Positions 14,601 to 29,502 of a stretch of 64,000 nucleotides of DNA are shown piece after piece; within the stretch, counting starts at the first letter, position 1, and every line of letters starts with the position of its first letter. This DNA comes from Amphiscolops sp. MND2022. Its lineage: Eukaryota. The notes beneath the pieces are model-generated. The model saw nothing but the letters and a program-made list of their open reading frames with translations, ran no database searches and was not told the origin of the DNA. Made by a program: the position numbers and the translations under genes. The DNA lies in contig OZ076410.1 in the NCBI GenBank assembly GCA_964187785.1, forward strand, positions 52,204,001-52,268,000, written 5' to 3'.

Positions 14601-17600
14601 CATGATGGTTCAGGGAGTTTGATAGCTGAACAGTAAAAGATCACAGTTCATGGCGAAAAATACCGTGCCTCAGAAACGACAACTTTACCACAAAGTTGAA
14701 TCCACACTCAGTATATATTCGACAAAAAACTTTTCATCAGATCGCTGGAGGAAGAAGCTACAGTTCCGAAAAGACCCCAAAACTAACCTTAATAATGGAC
14801 GATATTGATACATGATGGTTCAGGGAGTTTGATAGCTGAACAGAAAGATCACAGTTCATGGCGAAAAATACCGTGCCTCAGAAACGACAACTTTACCACA
14901 AAGTTGAATCCACACTCAGTATATATTCGACAAAAAACTTCTTTCATTCCTGCATTTCCACGAAGACCAGAACATAGCACATGGAATGGATGGTACAAAG
15001 TTTCCGAACTAAAAAAGCTCAGTACTTGGTTGATTGCAACAAGAATCCTTTGGGAAAAACATCCCAAAGATACATGCGTCTAACATGCGTGATTTAGAAT
15101 ATCAGTTTCATACAACAGTCGAAAAAGTTTGGGTAGCACATCTCAGCTTCGTTCTTCTGTCTTACATGCTAGAGGAAGGCAAAGCACGAAGCTGAGTAGT
15201 GCCACCCAAACATTTTCAACTTTAGTATGATACTGAGACTTTCTAGATCATACGTGTTAGACACTCAAGCAGAACTGGCAAAAAACGATCAGAGATCTTG
15301 GTGGAAAGCTATCATGCATCAAAACTGTGAAATTTCATCACAAACTGAAATAAACTATCGGGGTACAATCAATATAGAAGCACTCATACACGCCAGGCCT
15401 ACTCGACGGAAAAATATTGTCTGGAGAGGGAACGTAAGACATTCAAAAAAAGAAAAATCAGCTCTTGGTGGTTAGCATCAGGTTTCATATATGAAAAGCT
15501 TCATCACACCGTTGCAGGAAGAAGCTACAGTTCCGAAAAGACCCCAAGACTAACCTAAATATTGGACGATAATGATACATTAAGGTTCAGGGAGTTTCAT
15601 AGCTGAACAGGTAAAAGATCAGAGTTCATGGCGGAAAATACGGTGCTTCAGAAACGACAACATTACCACAAAGTTGATTCCACTCCCAAAACAAATTCGA
15701 AACAAAAAACTTCTTCCATGCGTGCATTTCCACGAATGCCAGGTCATAGCACTGGGAATGGATGGTACAAAGTTTTCGAACTAAAAAAAGCTCAGCACCT
15801 GGTTGATTGCAACAGGAGTCCTTTGGGAGAAACATCCCAAAGATACATGCGTGATTTAGAATATCAGTTTCATACAACAGTTGAAATAGTTTGGGTAGCA
15901 CTTCTCAGCTTCGTTCTTTTGTCTTACTTGCTAGAGGAAGGCAAAGCACGAAGCTGAGTACTTGCCACCCAAAGATTTTCAACTTTAGTATGATACTGAC
16001 ACTTTCCAGATCATACGTGTTAGACACTCAAGCAGAACTGGCAAAAACGATCAGAGATCTTGGTGGAAAGCTATCATGCATCAAAACTGTGAAATTTCAT
16101 CACAAACTGAAATGAACTATCGGAGTACAATCAATATAGAAGCACTCATACACGCCAGGCCTACTCGACGGAAAAATATTGTCTGGAGAGGGAACGTAAG
16201 ACATTCAAAAAAGAAAAATCAGCTCTTGGTGGTTAGCATCAGGTTTCATATATAAAGAGCTTCATCACACCGTTGCAGGAAGAAGCTACAGTTCCGAAAA
16301 GACCCCAAGACTAACCTAAATACTGGACGATATTGATACATTAAGGTTCAGGGAGTTTCATAGCTGAACAGGTAAAAGATCAGAGTTCATGGCGGAAAAT
16401 ACGGTGCTTCAGAAACGACAACTTTACGACAAAGTTGATTCCACTCCCAAAACAAATTCGAAACAAAAAACTTCTTCCATGCGTGCATTTCCACGAATAC
16501 CAGGTCATAGCACTGGGAATGGATGGTACAAAGTTTTCGAACTAAAAAAAGCTCAGCACCTGGTTGATTGCAACAAGAGTCCTTTGGGAGAAACATCCCA
16601 AAGATACATGCGTCTAACATGCGTGATTTAGAATATCAGTTTCATACAACAGTTGAAATAGTTTGGGTAGCACTTCTCAGCTTCGTTCTTTTGTCTTACT
16701 TGCTAGAGGAAGGCAAAACACAAAGCTGAGTAGTGCCACCCAAACTAATTCAACTGTAGTATGATACTGAGAATTTCCAGATCATACGTGTTAGGCACTC
16801 AAGCAGAACTGTGCAAAAATGATGAGATCTTGGTGGAAAACTATCATGCATCAAAACTATGATAATTCATCACAAACTGAAATATACTATCGGAGCACAA
16901 TTGATATAGAAGCCCTCATACATCCCAGGCCTACTCGACGGAAAAATATTGTCTGAAGAGGGAACGGAAGCGACTTTCAAAATAGAAAAAATCAACTCTT
17001 GGAGGTTATCATCAGGGTTCATAAATGAAAAATTTCATCACATCGCTGGAGGAAGAAGCTACAGTTCCGAAAAGACCCCAAAACTAACCTTAATATTGGA
17101 CGATATTGATACATGATGGTTTAGGGAGTTTGATAGCTGAACAGTAAAAGATCACAGTTCATGGCGAAAAATACCGTGCCTCAGAAACGACAACTTTACC
17201 ACAAAGTTGAATCCACACTCAGTATATATTCGACAAAAAACTTCTTTCATTCCTGCATTTCCACGAAGACCAGAACATAGCACATGGAATGGATGGTACA
17301 AAGTTTCCGAACTAAAAAAGCTCAGTACTTGGTTGATTGCAACAAGAATCCTTTGGGAAAAACATCCCAAAGATACATGCGTCTAACATGCGTGATTTAG
17401 AATATCAGTTTCATACAACAGTCGAAAAAGTTTGGGTAGCACATCTCATCTTCGTTCTTCTGTCTTACATGCTAGAGGAAGGCAAAGCACGAAGCTGAGT
17501 AGTGCCACCCAAACATTTTCAACTTTAGTATGATACTGAGACTTTCTAGATCATACGTGTTAGACACTCAAGCAGAACTGGCAAAAAACGATCAGAGATT

Positions 17601-20600
17601 TTGGTGGAAAGCTATCATGCATCAAAACTGAGAAATTTCATCACAAATTGAAAAAAACTATCGGAGTACAATGAATATAGAAGCACTCATACACGCCAGG
17701 CCTACTCGACGGAAAAATATTGTCTGGAGAGGGAACGTAAGAGACATTCAAAAGAAGAAAAATCAGCTCTTGGTGGTTAGCATCAGGGTTCATATATGAG
17801 AAGCTTCATCACACTGTTGCAGGAAGAAGCTAGAGTTCCGAAAAGACCCCGAGACTAACCTAAATATTGGACGATATTGATACATTAAGGTTCAGGGAGT
17901 TTCATAGCTGAACAGGTAAAAGATCACAGTTCATGGCGGAAAATACCGTGCTTCAGAAACGACAACTTTACCACAAAATTGATTCCACTCCCAGTACAGA
18001 TTCGAAACAAAAAACTTCTTCCATGCGTGCATTTCCACGAAAGCCAGGTCATAGCACTGGGAATGGATGGTACAAAGTTTTCGAACTAAAAAGCTCAGCA
18101 CCTGGTTGATTGCAACAAGAGTCCTTTGGGAGAAACATCCCAAAGATACATGCGTCTAACATGCGTGATTTAGAATATCAGTTTCATACAACAGTTGAAA
18201 TAGTTTGGGTAGCACTTCTCAGCTTCGTTCTTTTGTCTTACTTGCTAGAGGAAGGCAAAACACAAAGCTGAGTAGTGCCACCCAAACTAATTCAACTGTA
18301 GTATGATACTGAGAATTTCCAGATCATACGTGTTAGACACTCAAGCAGAACTGTGCAAAAATGATGAGATCTTGGTGGAAAACTATCATGCATCAAAACT
18401 ATGATAATTCATCACAAACTGAAATATACTATCGGAGCACAATTGATATAGAAGCCCTCATACATCCCAGGCCTACTCGACGGAAAAATATTGTCTGAAG
18501 AGGGAACAGAAGCGACTTTCCAAAATAAAAAAATCAACTCTTGGAGGTTATCATCAGGGTTCATAAATGAAAAATTTCATCAGATCGCTGGAGGAAGAAG
18601 CTACAGTTCCGAAAAGACCCCAAAACTAACCTTAATAATGGACGATATTGATACATGATGGTTCAGGGAGTTTGATAGCTGAACAGTAAAAGATCACAGT
18701 TCATGGCGAAAAATACCGTGCCTCAGAAACGACAACTTTACCACAAAGTTGAATCCACACTCAGTATATATTCGACAAAAAACTTCTTTCATTCCTGCAT
18801 TTCCACGAAGACCAGAACATAGCACATGGAATGGATGGTACAAAGTTTCCGAACTAAAAAAGCTCAGTACTTGGTTGATTGCAACAAGAATCCTTTGGGA
18901 AAAACATCCCAAAGATACATGCGTCTAACATGCGTGATTTAGAATATCAGTTTCATACAACAGTCGAAAAAGTTTGGGTAGCACATCTCAGCTTCGTTCT
19001 TCTGTCTTACATGCTAGAGGAAGGCAAAGCACGAAGCTGAGTAGTGCCACCCAAACATTTTCAACTATAGTATGATACTGAGACTTTCTAGATCATACGT
19101 GTTAGACACTCAAGCAGAACTGGCAAAAAACGATCAGAGATTTTGGTGGAAAGCTATCATGCATCAAAACTGAGAAATTTCATCACAAATTGAAAAAAAA
19201 ACTATCGGAGTACAATGAATATAGAAGCACTCATACACGCCAGGCCTACTCGACGGAAAAATATTGTCTGGAGAGGGAACGTAAGAGACATTCAAAAGAA
19301 GAAAAATCAGCTCTTGGTGGTTAGCATCAGGGTTCATATATGAGAAGCTTCATCACACTGTTGCAGGAAGAAGCTAGAGTTCCGAAAAGACCCCAAGACT
19401 AACCTAAATATTGGACGATATTGATACATTAAGGTTCAGGGAGTTTCATAGCTGAACAGGTAAAAGATCACAGTTCATGGCGGAAAATACCGTGCTTCAG
19501 AAACGACAACTTTACCACAAAATTGATTCCACTCCCAGTACAGATTCGAAACAAAAAACTTCTTCCATGCGTGCATTTCCACGAATGCCAGGTCATAGCA
19601 CTGGAAATGGATGGTATAAAGTTTTCGAACTAAAAAAGCTCAGCACCTGGTTGATTGCACCAAGAGTCCTTTGGGAGAAACATCCCAAAGATACATGCGT
19701 GATTTAGAATATCAGTTTCATACAACAGTTGAAATAGTTTGGGTAGCACTTCTCAGCTTCGTTCTTTTGTCTTACTTGCTAGAGGAAGACAAAACAAAGG
19801 TGAGTAGTGCCACCCAAACTATTTCAACTGTAGTATGATACTGAGACTTTCTAGATCATACGTGTTAGACACTCAAGCAGAACTGGCAAAAACGATCAGA
19901 GATCTTGGTGGAAAGCTATCATGCATCAAAACTATGATATTTCATCACAAACTGAAATATACTATCGGAGTACAATCAATATAGAAGCACTTATACACGC
20001 CAGGCCTACTCGACGGAAAAATATTGTCTGGAGAGGGAACGTAAGACATTCAAAAAAAGGAAAATCAGCTCTTGGTGGTTAGCATCAGGGTTCATAAATG
20101 AAAAGCTTCATCACACCGTTGCAGGAAGAAGCTACAGTTCCGAAAAGACCCCAAAACTAACCTAAATATTGGACGATATTGATACTTTAAGGTTCAGGGA
20201 GTTTGATAGCTGAACAGGTAAAAGATCACAGTTCATGGCGGAAAATACCGTGCTTCAGAAACGACAACTTTACCACAAAAAAGATTCCACTCCCAGTACA
20301 GATTCGAAACAAAAAACTTCTTCCATGCGTGCATTTCCAAGAAGGCCAGGTCATAGCACTGGGAATGGATGGTACAAAGTTTTCGAACTGAAAAAGCTCA
20401 GCACCTGGTTGATTGCAACAAGAGTCCTTTGGGAGAAACATCCCAAAGATACTTGCGTCTAAAATGCGTGATTTAGAATATCAGTTCCATACAACAGTTG
20501 AAATAGTTTGGATAGCACTTCTCAGCTTCGTTCTTTTGTCTTACTTGCTAGAGGAAGGCAAAACACAAAGCTGAGTAGTGCCACCCAAACTATTTCAACT

Positions 20601-22949
20601 GTAGTATGATACTGAGACTTTCTAGATCATACGTGTTAGACACTCAAGCAGAACTGGCAAAAACGATCAGAGATCTTGGTGGAAAGCTATCATGCATCAA
20701 AACTATGAAATTTCATCACAAACTGAAATATACTATCGGAGTACAATCAATATAGAAGCACTCATACATGCCAGGCCTACTCGACGGAAAAATACTGTCT
20801 GAAGAGGGAACGTAAGAGACATTCAAAACAATCAGCTCTTGGTGGTTAGCATCAGGGTTCATAAATGAAAAGCTTCATCACACCGTTGCAGGAAGAAGCT
20901 ACAGTTCCGAAAAGACCCCAAAACTAACCTTAATAATGGACGATATTGATACATTATGGTTCGGGGAGTTTAATAGCTGAATAGTAAAAGATCACAGTTC
21001 ATGGCGAAAAATACCGTGCCTCAGAAACGACAACTTTACCACAAAGTTGAATCCACACCCAGTATACATTCGACAAAAAACTTTTCATTCCTGCATTTCC
21101 ACGAAGACCAGAACATAGCACATGGAATGGATGGTACAATTTTTCGAACTAAAAAAGCCCAGTATCTGGTTGATTGCAACAAGAGTCCTTTGGGAAAAAC
21201 ATCCCAAACATACATGCGTCTAACATGCGTGATTTAGAATATCAGTTTCATACAACAGTCGAAAAAGTTTGGGTAGCACTTCTCAGCTTCGTTCTTTTTT
21301 CTTACTTGCTAGAGGAAGGAAAAGCACGAAGCTGAGTAGTGCCACCCAAACATTTTCAACTGTAGTATGATACTGAGACTTTCCAGATCATACGTGTTAG
21401 ACACTCAAGCAGAACTGGCAAAAACGATCAGAGATCTTGGTGGAAAGCTATCAAGCATCAAAACTATGATATTTCATCACAAACTGAAATATACTATCGG
21501 AGTACAATCAATATAGAAGCACTCATACATGCCAGGCCTACTCGACGGAAAAATATTGTCTGAAGAGGGAACGTAAGAGACATTCAAAAAAAGAAAAATC
21601 AGCTCTTGGTGGTTAGGATCAGGGTTCATAAATGAAAAGCTTCATCACACCGTTGCAGGAAGAAGCTACAGTTCCGAAAAGACCCCAAAACTAACCTTAA
21701 TATTGGACGATATTGATACATTATGGTTCGGGGAGTTTAATAGCTGAATAGTAAAAGATAACAGTTCATGGCGAAAAATACCGTGCCTCAGAAACGACAA
21801 CTTTAACACAAAGTTGGATCCACACCCAGTATACATTCGACAAAAAACTTTTCATTCCTGCATTTCCACGAAGACCAGAAGCTAGCACATGGAATGGATG
21901 GTACAATTTTTCGAACTAAAAAAGCCCAGTACCTGGTTGATTGCAACAAGAGTCCTTTGGGAAAGACATCCCAAAGATACATGCGTGATTTAGAATATCA
22001 GTTTCATACAACAGTCGAAAAAGTTTGGGTAGCACTTCTCAGCTTCGTTCTTTTTTCTTACTTGCTAGAGGAAGGAAAAGCACGAAGCTGAGTGGTGCCA
22101 CCCAAACATTTTCAACTGTAGTATGATACTGAGACTTTCCAGATCATACGTGTTAGACACTCAAGCAAAACTGGCAAAAACGATCAGAGATCTTGGTGGA
22201 AAGCTATCATGCATCAAAACTATGAAATTTCATCACAAACTGAAATAAACTATCGGAGTAAAATCAATATAGAAGCACTCATACACGCCAGGCCTACTCG
22301 ACAGAAAAATATTGTCTGGAGAGGGAACGTAAGAGACATTCAAAAAAAATCAGCTCTTGGTGGTTAGGATCAGGGTTCATAAATGAAAAGCTTCATCACA
22401 CCGTTGCAGGAAGAAGCTACAGTTCCGAAAAGACCCCAAAACTAACCTTAATATTGGACGATATTGATACATTATGGTTCGGGGAGTTTAATAGCTGAAT
22501 AGTAAAAGATAACAGTTCATGGCGAAAAATACCGTGCCTCAGAAACGACAACTTTAACACAAAGTTGAATCCACACCCAGTATACATTCGACAAAAAACT
22601 TTTCATTCCTGCATTTCCACGAAGACCAGAACACATGGAATGGATGGTACAATTTTTCGAACTAAAAAAGCCCAGTACCTGGTTGATTGCAACAAGAGTC
22701 CTTTGGGAAAGACATCCCAAAGATACATGCGTGATTTAGAATATCAGTTTCATACAACAGTCGAAAAAGTTTGGGTAGCACTTCTCAGCTTCGTTCTTTT
22801 TTCTTACTTGCTAGAGGAAGGAAAAGCACGAAGCTGAGTGGTGCCACCCAAACATTTTCAACTGTAGTATGATACTGAGACTTTCCAGATCATACGTGTT
22901 AGACACTCAAGCAAAACTGGCAAAAACGATCAGAGATCTTGGTGGAAAG

Positions 22950-25900
22950 CTATCATGCATCAAAACTATGAAATTTCATCACAAACTGAAATAAACTATC
23001 GGAGTACAATCAATATAGAAGCACTCATACACGCCAGGCCTACTCGACAGAAAAATATTGTCTGGAGAGGGAACGTAAGAGACATTCAAAAAAAAATCAG
23101 ATCTAGGTGGTTAGCATCAGAGTTCATAAATGAAAAGCTTCATCACACCGTTGCAGGAAGAAGCTACAGTTCCGAAAAGACTCCAAAACTAAGCTAGATA
23201 TTGGACAATATCGATACATTAGGGCTCAGGCAGTTTGATAGCTGAACAGGTAAAAGATCACAGTTCATGGCGGAAAATACGGTGCTTCAGAAACGACAAC
23301 TTTACCACAAAGTTGATTCCACTCCCAAAACAAATTCGAAACAAAAAACTTCTTCCATGCGTGCATTTCCACGAATACCAGGTCATAGCACTGGGAATGG
23401 ATGGTACAAAGTTTTCGAACTAAAAAAAGCTCAGCACCTGGTTGATTGCAACAAGAGTCCTTTGGGAGAAACATCCCAAAGATACATGCGTGATTTAGAA
23501 TATCAGTTTCATACAACAGTTGAAATAGTTTGGGCAGCACATCTCAGCTTCATTCTTCTGTCTTACATGCTAGAGGAAGGCAAAGCACGCAGCTGAGTAG
23601 ATCCACCCAAACTTTTTCAACTGTAGTATGATACTGAGACTTTCTAGATCATACGTGTTAGACACTCAAGCAGAACTGGCTAAAACGATCAGAGATATTG
23701 GTGGAAGACTACCATGCATCAAATTTATTATAATTCACCACAAACTGAAAATACTATCGGAGTACAATCAATATAGAAGCCCTCATACATGCCAGGCCAC
23801 TCGACGGCAAAAATATTGTCTGAAGATGGAAAGGAAGCGACATTCAAAAATATAGAAAAATTAGCTCTTGGTGGTAAGCATCAGGGTTCGTAATCATAAA
23901 TGAAAAACCTCATCACATCGCTGCAGGAAAAGCTACAGTTCCGGAAAGAACCCAAAACTAAGCTAAATATTGGACAATATCGATACATTAGGGCTCAGGC
24001 AGTTTGATAGCTGAACAGTGAAAGATCGCAGTTCATGGCGGAAAATAAGGTGCCTCAGAAACGACATTTTTACCACAAAGTTGAAACCACACCCAGTATA
24101 CATTCGACAAAAAACTTCTTTCATCCCTTTATTACCACAAAGGCCAGAAAATAGCACTGGGAATGGATGGTACGAGGTTTTGAAACTAAAAAACTCAGCA
24201 CTTGGTTGATTGCAACAAGAGTCCTTTGGGAAAAACATCCCAAGCATGCATGCGTTCAACATGCGTGATTTGGAAAATCAGTTTCATACAACAGTTGAAA
24301 TAGTTTGGGTAGCACTTCTCAGCTTTCTTTTGTCTTACTTGCTAGAGGAAGGAAAAGCACGAAGCTGAGTGGTGCCACCCAAACATTTTCAACTGTAGTA
24401 TGATACTGAGACTTTCCAGATCATACGTGTTAGACACTCAAGCAAAACTGGCAAAAACGATCAGAGATCTTGGTGGAAAGCTATCATGCATCAAAACTAT
24501 GAAATTTCATCACAAACTGAAATAAACTATCGGAGTACAATCAATATAGAAGCACTCATACACGCCAGGCCTACTCGACAGAAAAATATTGTCTGGAGAG
24601 GGAACGTAAGAGACATTCAAAAAAAAATCAGATCTAGGTGGTTAGCATCAGAGTTCATAAATGAAAAGCTTCATCACACCGTTGCAGGAAGAAGCTACAG
24701 TTCCGAAAAGACCCCAAAACTAAGCTAGATATTGGACAATATCGATACATTAGGGCTCAGGCAGTTTGATAGCTGAACAGGTAAAAGATCACAGTTCATG
24801 GCGGAAAATACGGTGCTTCAGAAACGACAACTTTACCACAAAGTTGATTCCACTCCCAAAACAAATTCGAAACAAAAAACTTCTTCCATGCGTGCATTTC
24901 CACGAATACCAGGTCATAGCACTGGGAATGGATGGTACAAAGTTTTCGAACTAAAAAAAGCTCAGCACCTGGTTGATTGCAACAAGAGTCCTTTGGGAAA
25001 GACATCCCAAAGATACATGCGTGATTTAGAATATCAGTTTCATACAACAGTCGAAAAAGTTTGGGTAGCACTTCTCAGCTTCGTTCTTTTTTCTTACTTG
25101 CTAGAGGAAGGAAAAGCACGAAGCTGAGTGGTGCCACCCAAACATTTTCAACTGTAGTATGATACTGAGACTTTCCAGATCATACGTGTTAGACACTCAA
25201 GCAAAACTGGCAAAAACGATCAGAGATCTTGGTGGAAAGCTATCATGCATCAAAACTATGAAATTTCATCACAAACTGAAATAAACTATCGGAGTACAAT
25301 CAATATAGAAGCACTCATACACGCCAGGCCTACTCGACAGAAAAATATTGTCTGGAGAGGGAACGTAAGAGACATTCAAAAAAAAATCAGATCTAGGTGG
25401 TTAGCATCAGAGTTCATAAATGAAAAGCTTCATCACACCGTTGCAGGAAGAAGCTACAGTTCCGAAAAGACCCCAAAACTAAGCTAGATATTGGACAATA
25501 TCGATACATTAGGGCTCAGGCAGTTTGATAGCTGAACAGGTAAAAGATCACAGTTCATGGCGGAAAATACGGTGCTTCAGAAACGACAACTTTACCACAA
25601 AGTTGATTCCACTCCCAAAACAAATTCGAAACAAAAAACTTCTTCCATGCGTGCATTTCCACGAATACCAGGTCATAGCACTGGGAATGGATGGTACAAA
25701 GTTTTCGAACTAAAAAAAGCTCAGCACCTGGTTGATTGCAACAAGAGTCCTTTGGGAGAAACATCCCAAAGATACATGCGTGATTTAGAATATCAGTTTC
25801 ATACAACAGTTGAAATAGTTTGGGCAGCACATCTCAGCTTCATTCTTCTGTCTTACATGCTAGAGGAAGGCAAAGCACGCAGCTGAGTAGATCCACCCAA

Positions 25901-28900
25901 ACTTTTTCAACTGTAGTATGATACTGAGACTTTCTAGATCATACGTGTTAGACACTCAAGCAGAACTGGCTAAAACGATCAGAGATATTGGTGGAAGACT
26001 ACCATGCATCAAATTTATTATAATTCACCACAAACTGAAAATACTATCGGAGTACAATCAATATAGAAGCCCTCATACATGCCAGGCCACTCGACGGCAA
26101 AAATATTGTCTGAAGATGGAAAGGAAGCGACATTCAAAAATATAGAAAAATTAGCTCTTGGTGGTAAGCATCAGGGTTCGTAATCATAAATGAAAAACCT
26201 CATCACATCGCTGCAGGAAAAGCTACAGTTCCGGAAAGAACCCAAAACTAAGCTAAATATTGGACAATATCGATACATTAGGGCTCAGGCAGTTTGATAG
26301 CTGAACAGTGAAAGATCGCAGTTCATGGCGGAAAATAAGGTGCCTCAGAAACGACATTTTTACCACAAAGTTGAAACCACACCCAGTATACATTCGACAA
26401 AAAACTTCTTTCATCCCTTTATTACCACAAAGGCCAGAAAATAGCACTGGGAATGGATGGTACGAGGTTTTGAAACTAAAAAACTCAGCACTTGGTTGAT
26501 TGCAACAAGAGTCCTTTGGGAAAAACATCCCAAGCATGCATGCGTTCAACATGCGTGATTTGGAAAATCAGTTTCATACAACAGTTGAAATAGTTTGGGT
26601 AGCACTTCTCAGCTTTCTTTTGTCTTACTTGCTAGAGGAAGGAAAAGCACGAAGCTGAGTGGTGCCACCCAAACATTTTCAACTGTAGTATGATACTGAG
26701 ACTTTCCAGATCATACGTGTTAGACACTCAAGCAAAACTGGCAAAAACGATCAGAGATCTTGGTGGAAAGCTATCATGCATCAAAACTATGAAATTTCAT
26801 CACAAACTGAAATAAACTATCGGAGTACAATCAATATAGAAGCACTCATACACGCCAGGCCTACTCGACAGAAAAATATTGTCTGGAGAGGGAACGTAAG
26901 AGACATTCAAAAAAAAATCAGATCTAGGTGGTTAGCATCAGAGTTCATAAATGAAAAGCTTCATCACACCGTTGCAGGAAGAAGCTACAGTTCCGAAAAG
27001 ACCCCAAAACTAAGCTAGATATTGGACAATATCGATACATTAGGGCTCAGGCAGTTTGATAGCTGAACAGGTAAAAGATCACAGTTCATGGCGGAAAATA
27101 CGGTGCTTCAGAAACGACAACTTTACCACAAAGTTGATTCCACTCCCAAAACAAATTCGAAACAAAAAACTTCTTCCATGCGTGCATTTCCACGAATACC
27201 AGGTCATAGCACTGGGAATGGATGGTACAAAGTTTTCGAACTAAAAAAAGCTCAGCACCTGGTTGATTGCAACAAGAGTCCTTTGGGAAAGACATCCCAA
27301 AGATACATGCGTGATTTAGAATATCAGTTTCATACAACAGTCGAAAAAGTTTGGGTAGCACTTCTCAGCTTCGTTCTTTTTTCTTACTTGCTAGAGGAAG
27401 GAAAAGCACGAAGCTGAGTGGTGCCACCCAAACATTTTCAACTGTAGTATGATACTGAGACTTTCCAGATCATACGTGTTAGACACTCAAGCAAAACTGG
27501 CAAAAACGATCAGAGATCTTGGTGGAAAGCTATCATGCATCAAAACTATGAAATTTCATCACAAACTGAAATAAACTATCGGAGTACAATCAATATAGAA
27601 GCACTCATACACGCCAGGCCTACTCGACAGAAAAATATTGTCTGGAGAGGGAACGTAAGAGACATTCAAAAAAAAATCAGATCTAGGTGGTTAGCATCAG
27701 AGTTCATAAATGAAAAGCTTCATCACACCGTTGCAGGAAGAAGCTACAGTTCCGAAAAGACCCCAAAACTAAGCTAGATATTGGACAATATCGATACATT
27801 AGGGCTCAGGCAGTTTGATAGCTGAACAGGTAAAAGATCACAGTTCATGGCGGAAAATACGGTGCTTCAGAAACGACAACTTTACCACAAAGTTGATTCC
27901 ACTCCCAAAACAAATTCGAAACAAAAAACTTCTTCCATGCGTGCATTTCCACGAATACCAGGTCATAGCACTGGGAATGGATGGTACAAAGTTTTCGAAC
28001 TAAAAAAAGCTCAGCACCTGGTTGATTGCAACAAGAGTCCTTTGGGAGAAACATCCCAAAGATACATGCGTGATTTAGAATATCAGTTTCATACAACAGT
28101 TGAAATAGTTTGGGCAGCACATCTCAGCTTCATTCTTCTGTCTTACATGCTAGAGGAAGGCAAAGCACGCAGCTGAGTAGATCCACCCAAACTTTTTCAA
28201 CTGTAGTATGATACTGAGACTTTCTAGATCATACGTGTTAGACACTCAAGCAGAACTGGCTAAAACGATCAGAGATATTGGTGGAAGACTACCATGCATC
28301 AAATTTATTATAATTCACCACAAACTGAAAATACTATCGGAGTACAATCAATATAGAAGCCCTCATACATGCCAGGCCACTCGACGGCAAAAATATTGTC
28401 TGAAGATGGAAAGGAAGCGACATTCAAAAATATAGAAAAATTAGCTCTTGGTGGTAAGCATCAGGGTTCGTAATCATAAATGAAAAACCTCATCACATCG
28501 CTGCAGGAAAAGCTACAGTTCCGGAAAGAACCCAAAACTAAGCTAAATATTGGACAATATCGATACATTAGGGCTCAGGCAGTTTGATAGCTGAACAGTG
28601 AAAGATCGCAGTTCATGGCGGAAAATAAGGTGCCTCAGAAACGACATTTTTACCACAAAGTTGAAACCACACCCAGTATACATTCGACAAAAAACTTCTT
28701 TCATCCCTTTATTACCACAAAGGCCAGAAAATAGCACTGGGAATGGATGGTACGAGGTTTTGAAACTAAAAAACTCAGCACTTGGTTGATTGCAACAAGA
28801 GTCCTTTGGGAAAAACATCCCAAGCATGCATGCGTTCAACATGCGTGATTTGGAAAATCAGTTTCATACAACAGTTGAAATAGTTTGGGTAGCACTTCTC

Positions 28901-28980
28901 AGCTTTCTTTTGTCTTACTTGCTAGAGGAAGGCAAAGCACGAAGCTGAGTAGTGCCACCCAAACATCTTCAACTGTAGTA
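22950..28980. repeat. Trimeric higher-order repeat, period 2290 bp
   Basis: ORF series 23235/25525/27815, 23628/25918/28208 and 24486/26776 are offset by 2290. Confidence 0.92.
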
Positions 28981-29200
28981 TGATACTGAGACTTTCTAGA
29001 TCATACGTGTTAGACAGTCGAGCAGATTTGGCAAAAACTATCAGAGATCTTGGTGGAAAGCTTTCATGCATCAAAACCATGTTAACTCATCACAAATCGA
29101 AATATACTATCGGAGTACATGCAATAAAGAAGCCCTCACACATTCAAGGCCATTCGACGGCAAAAATAATGTTTGAAGATGGAACGGAAGCGACTTTCAA

Positions 29201-29502
29201 CACAGAGGCGAAGCGGTGCTTCGCAACACATGACGAAGACATCGATTACTTTAAAGATAGCTCTACGTTGTATATATATATAAATCGTATATATTCAATC
29301 GCATGCGTATATATTCAACAGTTCAACTTTGTTCAATAACGTCCCTATGGCACAGTGGTCAACGCTTATGCCGTGCAATCGGGAGGCTGCAGGTTCGAAT
29401 CTCTGGGGTTTTGGCTTTTCTCCAAAAGGCGCTCTTTATCAAGTTGACTATTGTGGAAAAAAACTTCTTTAGCTGGACTGCAATGCACATTGACTTCATG
29501 TG
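29201..29502 (-). mobile_element. Non-autonomous DINE-1/HINE-like (Helentron-type) element, copy 1, inserted in a satellite monomer
   Basis: It interrupts the monomer between gactttcaa and caaaaatatagaaaaa. It has a subterminal repeat cacatgacgaag (29227-29238; the partner end lacks 3 bp in this copy), a stem-loop gcgaagc-ggt-gcttcgc (29208-29224) near one end, and (TA)6. Confidence 0.75.
29341..29412 (+). promoter_or_regulatory. tRNA-derived Pol III cassette (A box, B box, oligo-T) inside the HINE-like element; also at about 39613 and about 40703
   Basis: A box tggcacagtgg (29348-29358) and B box ggttcgaatc (29392-29401) sit at class-I tRNA spacing, followed by tttt. The anticodon and T stems pair poorly, so this is tRNA-derived rather than a functional tRNA. 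Confidence 0.75.

Noticed and set aside
29341-29412. Functional tRNA gene (anticodon position reads TGC)
   Set aside because: The anticodon and T stems do not pair properly and the acceptor stem is partial. It is kept only as a tRNA-derived cassette.
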